Assembly: GCF_000150275.1 (NCBI RefSeq)
Contig: NW_002060947.1
Coordinates: 1,674,809 to 1,738,808, forward strand
Source: Trichoplax adhaerens
Taxonomy: Eukaryota; Animalia; Placozoa
DNA length: 64,000 bases
Direction: 5' to 3'
In this document: positions 1-12,960 of the stretch, piece by piece
Position numbering within the stretch: position 1 is the first letter of the stretch
Layout: each line of letters starts with the position of its first letter
Made by a program: the position numbers and the translations under genes
Notes under the pieces: model-generated
What the model saw: only the letters and a program-made list of their open reading frames with translations
Told to the model about the DNA's origin: nothing
Databases searched by the model: none

Positions 1-99
1 TTTTAATTCATGAATTAACTTAGAACTCCCTGATCAAGTACTGCAAATTGATTGAAAAAAATGACGTCATTGACTGAGCGAATTTCATACTACTCTATT

Positions 100-732
100 A
101 CCTACAGTAGCTTTGTTGGCAGCTCCAGGTGATCTTTAAAAGTACAGTATTTCAAATAGTTTAATTCATCTCTTACTCTTTGCAACATCAGAGTCTTTCA
201 TCGTATCGATAAGCAATGTCTTTCTTCATCCAACATCAGGCAGAAACTGGCCCTAACTCCGCCAGTTATTCCTTTTCCTACGTATGACGACAAACTCGCA
301 TAAACTCGAAAGTAATGTCCTTCAGACACCAAACATAACCATTTCTATATCAGTAATGTGACCATAAAGTAGCGCTAAATTTATCATAGTAAGGCTTATA
401 AGAAGAATTTTGCTAATGATGATATGGTTAGTAATTAAATACTACAGTTAGGGTATTTTAAGCTATGGAAAAATGGCAAAAATAATTTCATCACCATTTT
501 GGAAATGACATTTAGCCAGATTTTACCATGTTCCATGCAAACTTCCATACACTGTTGTTGATCACATCGACCTGTTTGATACGTTATCCTCGCATATTAG
601 ACTTGGCTTCCTTTTGCTTGCTCAAATACGGACTGACAGAATTCCTACAGTACTGAATGGACCCTACTACAGTACAAAGTATTGTAACCCATACCTATAC
701 ACTGTACCCATACATCGGCCTGGAGCTGCCAT
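100..732 (-). CDS. Possible 5' exons of an unidentified gene divergent from NPAT (MAAPGRCMGTVY...), running off the left edge
   Basis: ATG in good context (gccATGg, 732-730) followed by a GTATGG donor-like site, plus further donor-bounded fragments near 100-135, 175-225 and 525-570. No consistent frame or family could be assembled. Confidence 0.3.
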
Positions 733-846
733 GGCAATCACACCCAGGCGGACTATCCTTAATCCATAAAGGTTAAGGCTCTTCCTGCAGCCCTTTACAA
801 CGTTGCATTTCTCAAATCATGAACAATCTCCCGGTCTACTGACTCA

Positions 847-3800
847 ATGAACATGGTGGTATCAACAGCAGACGTGTGCTACTTGATATTAGGTAAGTTG
901 ATGTAATAGTATAGGTTACTATTGACCAGAAATTATTATCTGATCGTGGCCAATTTGTCAAACCTTCTTGCTGGTCTATTTTTGTAAATATTGGAGGTGC
1001 TGTCATCGTTGTTCAACTTGATTGCCATACGAGTGCACAAATAGGCTGTAACTAGGGACTTCTAAGAGAGCTTCCTCTTAAAAGTGCCTGGACTGGTCTT
1101 GCAATGCTCATCGGATAGGTTATAACACGTCGATGATTATTCTATGTGATGGATTTGTTTATGGCAATCATTTCTTTCGAACAGGAGGTTATCAATATTA
1201 TCCTGCTATGCAATGTTGTACTGTAGGATACAACGTTTTGATACAACATCATGCCATGGCAAGACTCCACTGCAACTCAAGTACATAGGAACGATTGTAG
1301 TTTTTGCAATCAACTCTTTAATATCCCTCATTTTTTTAATCATACTGTACTACAATGCTCGACCTAATGGATTGCGGTCAATAACTAGTCAGGATAGAAT
1401 TTACTAAAATGAACGATATACCGTAGGCAAACCTGCAATCAGTAACAATTTGAGCATAGCTAAACTGATACATATAATTGACGTTCTTTTCCAACAGTAA
1501 ACGGAAGTCATTGCGATTGTTATTATTTGTAGCAGATAAAGACCAATTGATGTGGAATGAAAATGACAGTATGGACTGGCATGATCAACGCAGTTGTTTA
1601 TAATTCTTAAACTCTTATCTTCTCAGTCCATTTTACAGAGTCAATATAAATTGTAGACTACAACTGAAGACAACAATCTTATTTTCAGTCATGTAGTGGC
1701 GTTATCGTCCAAAGAAAATTGCTTTAATAAACACTTTATAAAGATAACTACCAATTTTACACCTTGATAATACTGTCAACTAGCCTACCTTGAAATAACT
1801 ATACTTTTCATTTTGTAGATTATTTACAATTCAATGGGTGGCAAAAGAGTTTCGAAATCTTCTACCAGGAATGTCCACACTTTAGGAATGAAACTCAACA
1901 ACAGGTTGGCAAGATCGTATAAGATAGGAGTAGAATAGAAAAGAGCTGACTTCTGCTTCAAGTACTCTACTGTCGTCAGCCACTACAGTACGCCTACAAG
2001 ACGTCCAATCTTTATTAATAAAGACAGTATTATTAGCTGTCGCTTTCAATATCTCGAGAATTAATAATTAGTAAGAGCTTCAACATTATGCTTACATACA
2101 TTATTTTATAGCTAAATATGTCCATTTCATTCGTAACAATCTAATGATCTGTTATGTTTTTTCCATTATGTCTAATGAAATCTTATAAATATATCTAAAA
2201 AATGACAGGATTTATTCGATCGGAGGAATTTACAAGACATTGTACAGGGATTCGCTGACGTTTTAATCCAAGGTAAGATAGTCTTATAATGTACTACCCT
2301 ATTGTATAATAAGATACATTTATTGACAAGTACTCTCAATGGATTGGGATCATACGTACAGGATATGGTCTTCAAGGCAATTTTCCTATTTCGTTTACCA
2401 TTAACTTATAATTACAGGTTGTTCTTTGGAATGTATGAAACTTTCCTTGAGCAGATGTAGATTCTTAAAAATTCTATAATACAGAAACGCCGCAATACTA
2501 GTGATATGATTTACGTTTAATTTGATAATGTCTAAACAATGAGCTGTAATAGCATAGTCGGTTATCATTTTATCATCGATACTTTAGAACAGCCGATGCC
2601 TCCATTCAGAATAGGTACCTTTATATCTATATTGCGCAGGCATTTATCATATATCAACATGAAGTAAAATACAGTATTAACGATTCTCCTATTAAATGAA
2701 GTATAGCCATGTTATGCTATTTAGAATGTAATAGCCTAATTTTTATAATGATGTTATCCATTTTTTTATCCAAATCTTAGGCAATACAGCCAGACAACCG
2801 CAAAGTAACGCTGTCGTACTCGACAGCCTTTGGAAAAAATTTGACGATATTGTCAGTCAAATAAAGTTAGTTTTAATAGATCAATATAAACGTTTCAAAT
2901 TGCATGCAGTAAAATTCCTGAAATAAATTTAAGACTGTTCAAACTTGTCTAAACATTGCTTCTTTAATAATTCAACGAGAGATCCTATTAAACAATAAGG
3001 AGCTATTACCAACTGCTACAATTTCTCCATTAATAGACATACATCGCGAAAGTCCTTCATCAAATCTGTAGAACATCCGACTTCTTCTCAACGAGGTAAA
3101 TCTTAGCTTTCTCTTACTACGCAATTAAATGTATAAATTTGATTATTACGGAATCCAGTAAGAATTATTCACTTAATTCTTTCGTTACCCCTATAACTGT
3201 AAAAAATTTGACATAGTCATAAACGAATAATTGTGAAATAATTATGTAACAAACTAAATATTTATACTTTTACGTTACGTATACGTGAATTGAACGGCTA
3301 TAGATTACTATAATACGATGACTACAATTGACTTCACGAAAGCATTCCTTTTTTTCTGCAAATAATGCTAGTTCGTACCAGGCAAGGACTAAATAAGCGG
3401 CGCATTGTACCACTAAAAATATCAACTGCAATGAATGACAGCCCTAACAGTGATAGTGGCGGTTCTACTGCTATTCCACTAGCTAAGAGAACTCTATATT
3501 CATTAGATTCTACATCGCCTATTAAGACATTAGTCAATGTTGCTAGTGATATGTACAATGAAGCTTATCAACATAGCGAAGAAACTTCAGAATTGATCCG
3601 TAGCGGCTATGGATCACCAAAGCGAAAGAAGTAGGTCAAAATGTACACTCTATGGACAAGCCAAGTTTATCTGTAAATCGCTATAGAAATTATTAATCAT
3701 AACCAGTTTACCTTATTTCGATTTCTTAATTTAAAAATTGAAAGGTTTATGCCCCGCAAAAGACATACAATAGAACGAATTCCGGACAGGAATGAGTAAG

Positions 3801-5378
3801 TTGAAGAATTTAATCAGTCTCAGTGTATTTCCGTCTCGATATTACTACTAAATAGTGTAACTTTGTGCGATCTACGAGATATCTTGTTACCTATTTTATA
3901 TGACTGAAGAGACCAATTATATTTAATCAACCACAAATAGTAATGCTAGCATATTGGTTTAACTTATAAAATTGTGATTATTTTCTAGGCAAGTGGTTGC
4001 AGATTCTGAGATGCCACAACATATTATAGAAACTCTACTCGAAAATACTGAATTACAACAAAGATTAGCTAGTAATATCAACAAAGTAGTATATAGGTAA
4101 TAATAATATGCTACATGATTTTACTGTTTAAAGTAGTTGCATTTCAATGCATGCATGAAAATTATAATAAAGATTTTTGTGTATTAGCTCTAAAGATGAT
4201 CCTGCCATCATAAGTGAAGCCCCTTTAGAAAAAGATAATGTTACGACAGATATTGCAGGTACGTCGGAAAACAATAACGACATTATTTCAAGTCTGCCGT
4301 CGAATGCTTCCGTAGAAAATGAGGTATTTAACTATTGATTTAATATCAATCTGATTTTCCAGTCCCTATAAATTAATCATTACAGTTTATTTAATTACTT
4401 TACATGTCAGGTTAAAGATTATAACTTATCAAGTGATGCTGTAAGCAATATCGTTGAATTGACTGAATCCGATCCAGCATTTGATCAATTGCTGGCTATA
4501 CTCGGTTAGTATGAAAAACATTATTTTTCTACACATGTCAGTAAAAAGCATTACGGATTACGTAATAATATTTATAAATCATTGAAATAAGGAGGTATCG
4601 TCTATGATTCATTATGATTTCGTAGATACTGTTCAAGTTACTTTAACTCCAGACGTCAAATCTACTAATGAATCGTGTCAAACAGTATCACTACAAGGTT
4701 TGAGACATCCACCCAAACTAACCTTGCGTCATAAAACACTTATGACTTACCTTAACTTTGCTACTATGTGATTTTATTGCGGATGTATGAATCTATGTAA
4801 AATTTTAAGCGCTTTGATAATAAATGACTAGCTAAATTTTAATTGCCCATAACTAATTTTAGGTGAAGATCATCTGCAAACCGAAGGTGCCTCGAACGAT
4901 GATATGCTGATGTCTATAAAAAGAAAATTATCTGACAATCACGTTCGAAAATTGTCTTTTGATGTAAATAATAAAAAATCACCACATGATAAGATGGAAC
5001 ATTTAAATCGAAACGAAAATAATAATATCAACGATGAAGAAAATATGACTGCGATGGAAGAACAAACTGCAACTAATGAGCTACATGTTATCGGCGATAA
5101 ATTTTCCGAATCAGATGATTTGAGTGAACACCACGAAGAAAAGGAATCTCCTCCTGTGGTAATAAGAGTTTTAAATTCATGTTATGTAGCATATCAATTA
5201 TGTCAGCTTGCTTTTTCAGATAAGCAAATCGTACTTGACGGTCGATTTGATTTTCAGTGCTGTATTTTACTTGTAGAGATCGGATCAAAACGTAACTGCC
5301 GACGGCAGCAACATGAAAATTTTTCCTACTGGACTAGATGTTGAAAATTTTCTCTCCAAATTACAGTATACAGAATAA
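847..5378 (+). CDS. NPAT: NPAT (histone locus body scaffold, histone gene co-activator), about 13 exons, roughly 500 aa
   Basis: Exons 847-892, 1819-~1916, 2209-2272 and 2781-2865 splice in frame to MNMVVSTADVCYLILDYLQFNGWQKSFEIFYQEC...DLFDRRNLQDIVQGF...VLDSLWKKFDDIVSQI, matching the NPAT LisH/N-terminal domain (human MLLPSDVARLVLGYLQ...SSLWKKLDHTLSQI). The last exon ends FPTGLDVENFLSKLQYTE* (TAA 5376-5378), matching human FPAGMDVDKFLLSLHYDE*. ORFs 3365-3634 and 4904-5344 are internal exons. Confidence 0.88.
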
Positions 5379-6142
5379 TTCTAAATACATAGTATGATTA
5401 CATAAAAATGAAGTAATATATTTGAGTGCTATATATTCTTGAACTGGTTCTTATTATACTTGGATGCATTAATGGATTATATAGTTCCCAGGCAGTGCTT
5501 AACTGTAAACTTGGACGTTACTGATGATTTATTCATGATTAATTGTTAACATCTATGGTCCCTTAAGCTGTGTGTAGAACACTACTGTTAATGAAGTACA
5601 CTTCGTTTACATTTTTATCGATATGCAAATAGCTTTTCTAACGTAATTTGATATTTATTCGAAATAGATACTCGCATACAAGATAATATACGCGCATTGG
5701 TAATATTTTCATGTAAATAGACATTTCGATACTATCGTCACATTTTATTAAAGTATTTATGTTATGTAAAATAACCTTGCCTTCGTAAAATTGACTTTTT
5801 CTTGCTATATAGTCCAATCAAGTAAAATAAATATTAAAATACGATCAGACTAGTTTTACAACATCTGAAATTGAGCAATTTAAATGATCACTAATACGTA
5901 ATTATAAATGCTAAGACATCGCTAACTTCCAATGAAGACGATTCTACTTTATACAGGATTGAATAATATGTTAAAGCTAAATACTTACGATAGTATTTTA
6001 AAATTAAAAGTCATTCATGATAGAATATTATCGTCCACAATTGTAAATAAATTTTTCTTAACCTATTAGTTTAATGACTGTCAATTCGGATTTAAACGGA
6101 ATTCAAAATGTAATATAATTCGATATCTTCTAATCAATTAAA

Positions 6143-7877
6143 TTATTCGTGTTTAGAAGCTTTTATCGGTTTCATGTAGAATACAATAAATATAGCTGCT
6201 GCAACATTAAAAAGAACTGCAACTATACCTGGTAAAAATACATTTATAATTTGTAGAAATCCAACAATACTAGGTGACAGCATCCGTCCTAAAGATAGCG
6301 TTGATTGCCCAACTCCAATAAGTGCACCATGTTCCTTACCCTTTCCACTGCTAACTAAAATACTAGTAAAATGAACGCGCGCCAAGTTTGATGAAATGGA
6401 TAAAGGCAGTAGGCAAAGGCAAAAAACCCATAAACTATCTGAAAAGGTACATCCGAGGATTGCCAAACCGACTACAAGATCGCAATGTAATACCGCTTTC
6501 ACACTGTCACCTTTGTATAAGGCAGATATCTTGCCAACAACAAATCCACTCATTCCGCCTATCACCCCGTTATAGGATAGTACGTAACCAATTGTTTTAG
6601 CATTGGCATGATATCGATCTTCTAAGAAAATGGAGAAACTACCACGAAAAAACATAACCGACATTGCCATTAGAAATCGAATGGTTAATATACCATAGAC
6701 TTTACCCCATGGAAGTTTCCAAAGATTATGAAAAATTGCAAGTAAGCCTTGTTGCTCATCTTGTTCATCGTCTTGTAGTAACAATTCATCTTTTCCATTT
6801 TGGTCAATATTAAGCGTTTCGTCATGGTGAGATTCTTGAGTAGAAAAAAACATATATACAAGCAAACTATTGGCAAAAAAAATACTCGACGAAAGTAATG
6901 AAACTTTTAAAAAGCCATTGTCAGTCATAGCTAAGTGGCCTCCACACAAGGGACCAACGATAAAGCCGGCATTAGCGATAGCGTTAAATTTTCCAAATAT
7001 ACCAGGTTGTTCTTTAGGATCGTAGATATCTGAAATGTAGGCTTTAGCCAATGATGAACTATGCTTAAAAATGCCTAAAGTTGAATAATTGAAATATTTG
7101 TCATTATGTCCTTGACGAATATATACCTAATATAGCATAATCTTATAATTTTATTGGGGCATCTCTTGCAAGTTAACTTTATCTGATATTATTAGCTGCT
7201 AGCTAAAATAAGTAAATAAATAATGAATAACTATGCAAGATGAGATAACCTGTAGGAATTCTTGCTAAAGCCATGAACACTAAAGTATTTGAAAAACCAA
7301 GTAACGCATAGCCAACGGAGGTAAATAAAAGGCATATAATTATTACACGCCGTCGTCCTAGTAAATCGCTAAGATTACCCTACAGACAATATACTTTAAT
7401 GAGATTGTGAAAATAGTTATCGTTAAGACTAACACAAACATTGCTCAATTATTGATTTTTCAAAAGGAATTGAATTTTGCATTTGCCACGTGATAATGAC
7501 GCGTATAAAATAGAGACTTTACAGTGACTTACAACTACTGGGCTGGAAAATAATTGAAGTCCACCATATAAAGATCCTACATTGGTAGAAGTGACATTAA
7601 AATTGAGTCCCTTGGCTGCGATTCTGTGCAATACTCATTTTAATAATTTATTGCAACACTATATTGTACAAACGCGTATCAAATAAAGTGTCAAATTGAT
7701 TACAAATTTTGATTACTATTATTTAGTAAAGGTTAATGGCATTTTTAAGTAGCAAAGTTACAATATGAGATATGAAATAACGTAATTACCGAATACTCCA
7801 GCGATTGCAGCATTACCACCCAATTCTCGAATGCGATGTGATACCAATGGTATAATAACACTTACTCCAAATAAATC
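6143..7877 (-). CDS. MFSD9: Major facilitator superfamily transporter MFSD9 (first exon not fixed; candidate exon ~7994-8028 NRYTCYAVIIL)
   Basis: Exons 7790-7877 (DLFGVSVIIPLVSHRIRELGGNAAIAGVF), ~7533-7577 (GSLYGGLQLFSSPVV), ~7249-7379 (GNLSDLLGRRRVIIICL..ARIPT, MFS motif A) and 6143-~7074 (GIFKHSSSLAKAYISD..GFIVGPLCGGHL) are collinear with human MFSD9 (DLFGVSMVVPLL, LQLFSS, GIFKH). Confidence 0.88.
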
Positions 7878-8359
7878 CTAGGATTAGACGTTAAAGTCGA
7901 TTATTGATTACCTGAGTAGAATCAATTCTTCAATAGAAATATCACAACAATAAGTTAGATTTAAAGTGTAGAACAGGTTCAACATTCTAGTACGAGTATA
8001 ATAACAGCGTAACAAGTATATCGATTTTCTTCATGATATTGTATGATTGTATTCAACAATCACAAATAGCTGGGGCGAGTTATTATTTTCATTCTAGTAT
8101 ACTCTTTGATGATAATCTGTAATATACGATTATAAATATCAATTCGTTTTCTATACTGTTATAAAGAATAAGAGCATTATAATAACAACACCATTTTCAA
8201 TGCCCAAATTGGATCATGCATGGAATTTAGGGAGGTATTATTATTGACCAATGTAGGGTAAAATCAAATCTTGACATTGATACTGCTATTATATACAAAG
8301 TGTTAGTACAGCGTATGATTTGGACGACAACATGCATCATTTAAGTAGCGTTAAGATTA

Positions 8360-8840
8360 ATAATGTACTGGAAAAGAATTCAAATCAGTTGCAGTTAAAG
8401 TTCAATATAGTTAGTATTAGCACAGACTACTAGAAAAGAAGCCTTTTTCTAGTAGTCCTTGGTATTCGTTACGACGGGAACAATTGGATTATATTATCTA
8501 CAGAGTGCAAGCCAAGATTCCAAGAGTGAAGTAGTACAGAACAGTAGAGTATTTGAGATTAATAATAATATACTGGAGAAGAATTAAAGATCGGTTGCGG
8601 TCAATGTTCGATATGATTACGATGGTAACAGCTGGATTATATGGTCTTCCGAGCGAATATAATTGCCAGAATTGATACTGTCACTGTGTTAAGTGAGTGT
8701 GTCTAAACATACAGACAGTACTGTACGTATATGATTAGGCAAAAGTATACACATTTACGATTAAATATGTGCTGAAAGGGAATTCAGAATCGATTGCATT
8801 TGAATGTCTGCGAGATACGATGGCAACAGTCAGGGGAGAG
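8360..8840. repeat. Three diverged copies of a ~200-bp repeat
   Basis: Related blocks begin at ~8366 (tactggaaaagaattcaaatcagttgcag), ~8571 (tactggagaagaattaaagatcggttgcgg) and ~8770 (tgctgaaagggaattcagaatcgattgc). Each is followed by a TACGAYGGNAACA motif. Confidence 0.6.
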
Positions 8841-9499
8841 CAAAGCTCGGAAGACTGATTCTAATGATTAGACTAGAAATCAATTGATTAGAATCATGAC
8901 ACTTTTAGGTATTGGCAGCTCGCATACTCGTGTACAGTACGCAAGCCAATCACAGCAAGTTTTCCATATTAGTGGAGCTAGACTCTACCGTGCAGAAGAA
9001 AATGAATTGAAAATTAGGCACAATTCATAACCAACAAGAGTAAAGTAGTCCAACTAGAAGGTAACTACAGCAAAATTTATACTGTAGACTGTTGAAAATG
9101 GCAAAATAGACTGGCATTATTTCTAGTAGGCTACGGTCACATTCGACGAATGTACAACAAGAATCAAACAGTAGCAAGATATTAGAAGAGATCGACAGTC
9201 AAGCGTAAGCTGCTTCTTTCAAAATGGCTGCAGCTAAAATCTCTCTCTTGAATTATAATGAAGAACAGTAGATTGATTACGATTGGAATATCAGTTATTA
9301 ACTATACTCGTATATTAAATCCTTTTCGCAGGATATTAACCATGTCTAAGCCAAAATTCAGTACTTTAGCGTTTAAAAAGTTGGAGAAAGCCGTAGGAAT
9401 AGGATGATTCTACAATCATGAAGAAAATCTAGCCATGGATTCAGTTTAGGTTGTGTTTACTACAGTATACAGCGCGATTAACTTGGATGGCGTCGAAAA

Positions 9500-10440
9500 T
9501 TTAAAGTTGTAATTTGTTCACGTTCCTGTCCCAAATGGATATATATTCTAGGGTTACGTCTACGTATAGGATTTTATCTACTTTGGGCTTGATTTAAGTT
9601 GCAATTTGTTAATACTCTTGTTCCAAATGGATATGTATTCTTGGGCTACGTCTGCATATAAGATTTTATCTACTTTGGGCTTGATTTAAGTTGCAATTAG
9701 TTAATACTCTTGTTCCAAATCGATATGTATTCTTGGGCTACGTCTGCATATAAGATTTTATCTACTTTGGGCTTGATTTAAGTTGCAATTGGTTAATACT
9801 CTTGTTCCAAATCGACATGTATTCTGGGCTACGTCTGCATAAAAGATATTATCTACTTTAGGCTTGATTTAAGTTGCAATTGGTTAATACTCTCGCTCCA
9901 AATCGATATGTATTCTTGGGCTACGTCTGCATATAAGATTTTATCTACTTTGGGCTTGATTTAAGTTGCAATTGGTTAATACTCTTGTTCCAAATCGACA
10001 TGTATTCTGGGCTACGTCTGCATAAAAGATATTATCTACTTTAGGCTTGATTTAAGTTGCAATTGGTTAATACTCTCGCTCCAAATCGATATGTATTCTT
10101 GGGCTACGTCTGCATATAAGATTTTACCTACTTTGGGCTTGATTTAAGTTGCAATTGGTTAATACTCTTGCTCTAAATCGATATGTATTCTAGGGCTACG
10201 TCTACGTAAAAGATTTTATCTACTTTAGGCTTGATTGAAGTAGCAATTTGTTAATACTCTTGCTCCAAATCGATATGTATTCTTGGGCTACGTCTGCATA
10301 TAAGATTTTATCTACAGTACTTTGGGCTTGATTTAAGTTGCAATTGGTTAATACTCTTGTTTCAAAATCGTTATGTATTCTTGGGCTACGTCTACATATA
10401 CAGTAAGATTTTATCTACAGAACACTTTGGGCTTGATTTG
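9500..10440. repeat. Tandem array, ~92-bp unit, ~10 copies
   Basis: GGGYTACGTCT recurs at 9551, 9643, 9735, 9826, 9918, 10009, 10101, 10193, 10285 and 10383 (period 91-92, last 98). The alternating 91/92 units form a 183-bp higher-order duplication. Confidence 0.97.
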
Positions 10441-11639
10441 GCCGACATAGTTTATTTATTTTCCTTAGTGCCAGCGAAGTTAATCCCACTGTATGTACTG
10501 GTAAACTATAGAGAGTAGAGTAGAGTACCGTCCATGCAATATTGGACTGCTTGTATAAACAGAGAGTGCAACGCTTATTTGTCATAACTATGGTATTTCA
10601 ACTTGAATTGTTATAACAATCTTGTTGATGGCTATTTTATGGGAAATACAAGTCTAGTGTAAGATACCAGAAGCGAATGGATCGGATACTGGATAGTCAT
10701 GAAGGCTAATAGGAAAATACAGACTGAGAATATGGATTGTATTCGTCTACGAATTCTGGTCGGAAAGCAATGTGTTGGCAGCAATTGACACTGACATGTG
10801 TAGACAGCGCAGCATTGCAATCATGCTCGCAACTGATTGGAAATACTGTTGTAACCTATCCTAGAGTGGCAGAAAGAAGTGAATACTAGTCCATAGCACC
10901 ACATGTCATGGATATTTTGAATACTGTCAAGGAAATGGTTGCCCAATGAGTTGATGTTTGTCGACAGTCAGAATTTGATGTTGAGTAAATAGTCATTGCA
11001 AGTATTGTCTATAGCCACTTTGCAGGAATGAATGGGATGCCTGTCGCTAGTTAGTATTTCATTAGTAGGCAACTGGTGATGGTTACAGTAAGCTATTTGT
11101 AGAATTAGTCAACGTTTGGTTTACTGGCGGCAGATTGCAATGGATGCAGAGAGTATTTGGTGGTAGAAAGAAGCCATGAGAAAATACAAAGATAAGTGCT
11201 GATACGACTGTCCCACTTAGACAGCACAGTATAGCGTTGTACTCACTAGAAAGCCGATTAGGTAAAGCCAACGCGTGATGACTTGGCGTTGTTTGTTTGT
11301 TATTGGATTGGCCATGTTGGCACTATGCTAAGGGGAACAATTCAAGCTGTCAAGCCAATGGGAAGGCAGTCCAACTATGTCGTCGCTAATAGACTAAATT
11401 CTACCAATGCAATTGAATAATTTTCGATGGCAATCCAAGTCCACTATGGAGAAGAATTGGCCAAGCAATGGCGTCGATTAATTGGATTGCCACTTCAATT
11501 GCTTGAACCTCAATCAATCGACGACGAGTCTATTACTAGCGACTCCACCCTCGGGGCCAGACTTGCCACTGGGTCTGCTGGTGTCGAGTCGATTGGTGCG
11601 TCAATACAGTAGGTGTCGATCGCACATGGTTGAGCAGTT

Positions 11640-12960
11640 TGTGGTACTGTAGTGTGCTGCACTGTACACTGTACTGTACAGTATGAGTACTGTACACTGT
11701 ACAACACTGTATGCAAAACGACATCTGGACGGATGTCGTGGCCGTCACTTCCAGTACAGTACTGTCTAGTTGATAGTCATTGGCACACTACAGTACAGTA
11801 CTGTAGGAAAATAGTACAGTACTGTACAAACGCAATCTGGACGGATATCGTGACCTTTTCTAAATTGGCGCACTAGTCCAGTACAGAACGTTGAATTTAT
11901 ACAGTTTAATACTGTACACTACGGTACTGGAAGTGAAGGTCACTATATCCGTCCGGACTTGGTTTGGACTACCTTACTGTACAATGTACTGTACTGTAGT
12001 GTGTACAGTACTGTAAATTAGTATGAACCATACGGTACTCTACTGTACTGTACTGTAGTGTACTGGAATTGAGGTCACGATATCCGTCCGGATTTGGTTT
12101 GTACTATTTTCCTGCAGTACTGTACAATGTACTGTAGTGTGCAAATTAGTTTGAATCATACTGTACTGGAAGTAAAGGTCACGATATCCGTCCGGACTTG
12201 GCTTGTACTCTTTTCCTACAGTACATACTGTACAGTGTACAGCATATAGTACAGTAGTGCAAATTAGTATGAAGTTCATACTGTACTATGAACCATACAG
12301 TACTATACTGGAAGTGAAGGTCACGATATCCGTCCGGATTTGGTTTGTACTATTTTCCTACAGTACTGTACAATGTACTGGACAGTACTGGAAGTAAAGG
12401 TCACGATATCCGTCCGGACTTGGCTTGTACTCTTTTCCTACAGTACATACTGTACAGTGTACAGCATATAGTACTGTACAGTAGTGCAAATTAGTATGAA
12501 GTTCATACTGTACTATGAACCATACAGTACTGTACTGGAAGTGAAGGTCACGATATCCGTCCGGATTTGGTGAGGAACTGAGTCAGGTCTAACTGAGTGA
12601 GTACTATTTTCATACAGTGTACAGACAGTCCCGTACAGTATAAACTCAATGGACTGTACAGTGTACAGTGTGCAGTACAGTCTTGTACGGTACTAGTGCG
12701 CAAATTCAGAAAAGGTCACGATATCCGTCCAGATTTGGTGAGGACTATTTCCATACAGTACAGTACAGTGTACAGTACAGTCCCGTACAATATAAACTCA
12801 ATGTACTGTACTGGAGGTACTGTAGACTACAGTACGGTACAGTACGCTCTTTTCCACTACAGTACTGTACAATGTACAGTACATGTACTGTACTGTAGTG
12901 GTCGATGACTCCATGTTGCAAGCGCTCTCCATACGTACCGTACTGTACTGTACTATACGT
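11640..12960. repeat. TACAGTAC-rich array with 9 copies of the conserved motif AGGTCACGATATCCGTCCRGAYT (7 forward, 2 inverted)
   Basis: Forward copies (GGTCAC) at 11938, 12073, 12177, 12319, 12399, 12546 and 12714; inverted copies at ~11725-11742 and ~11837-11856. Confidence 0.95.

Noticed and set aside
10632-11271. Transposase or other coding remnant in the element core
   Set aside because: All frames examined are interrupted and no DDE, Rep/helicase or RT motif was recognisable.
11930-12740. CRISPR array (conserved repeats with spacers)
   Set aside because: The spacers are long, variable, low-complexity and duplicates of each other (about 12170-12350 recurs at 12390-12570). There are no cas genes and the context is eukaryotic.
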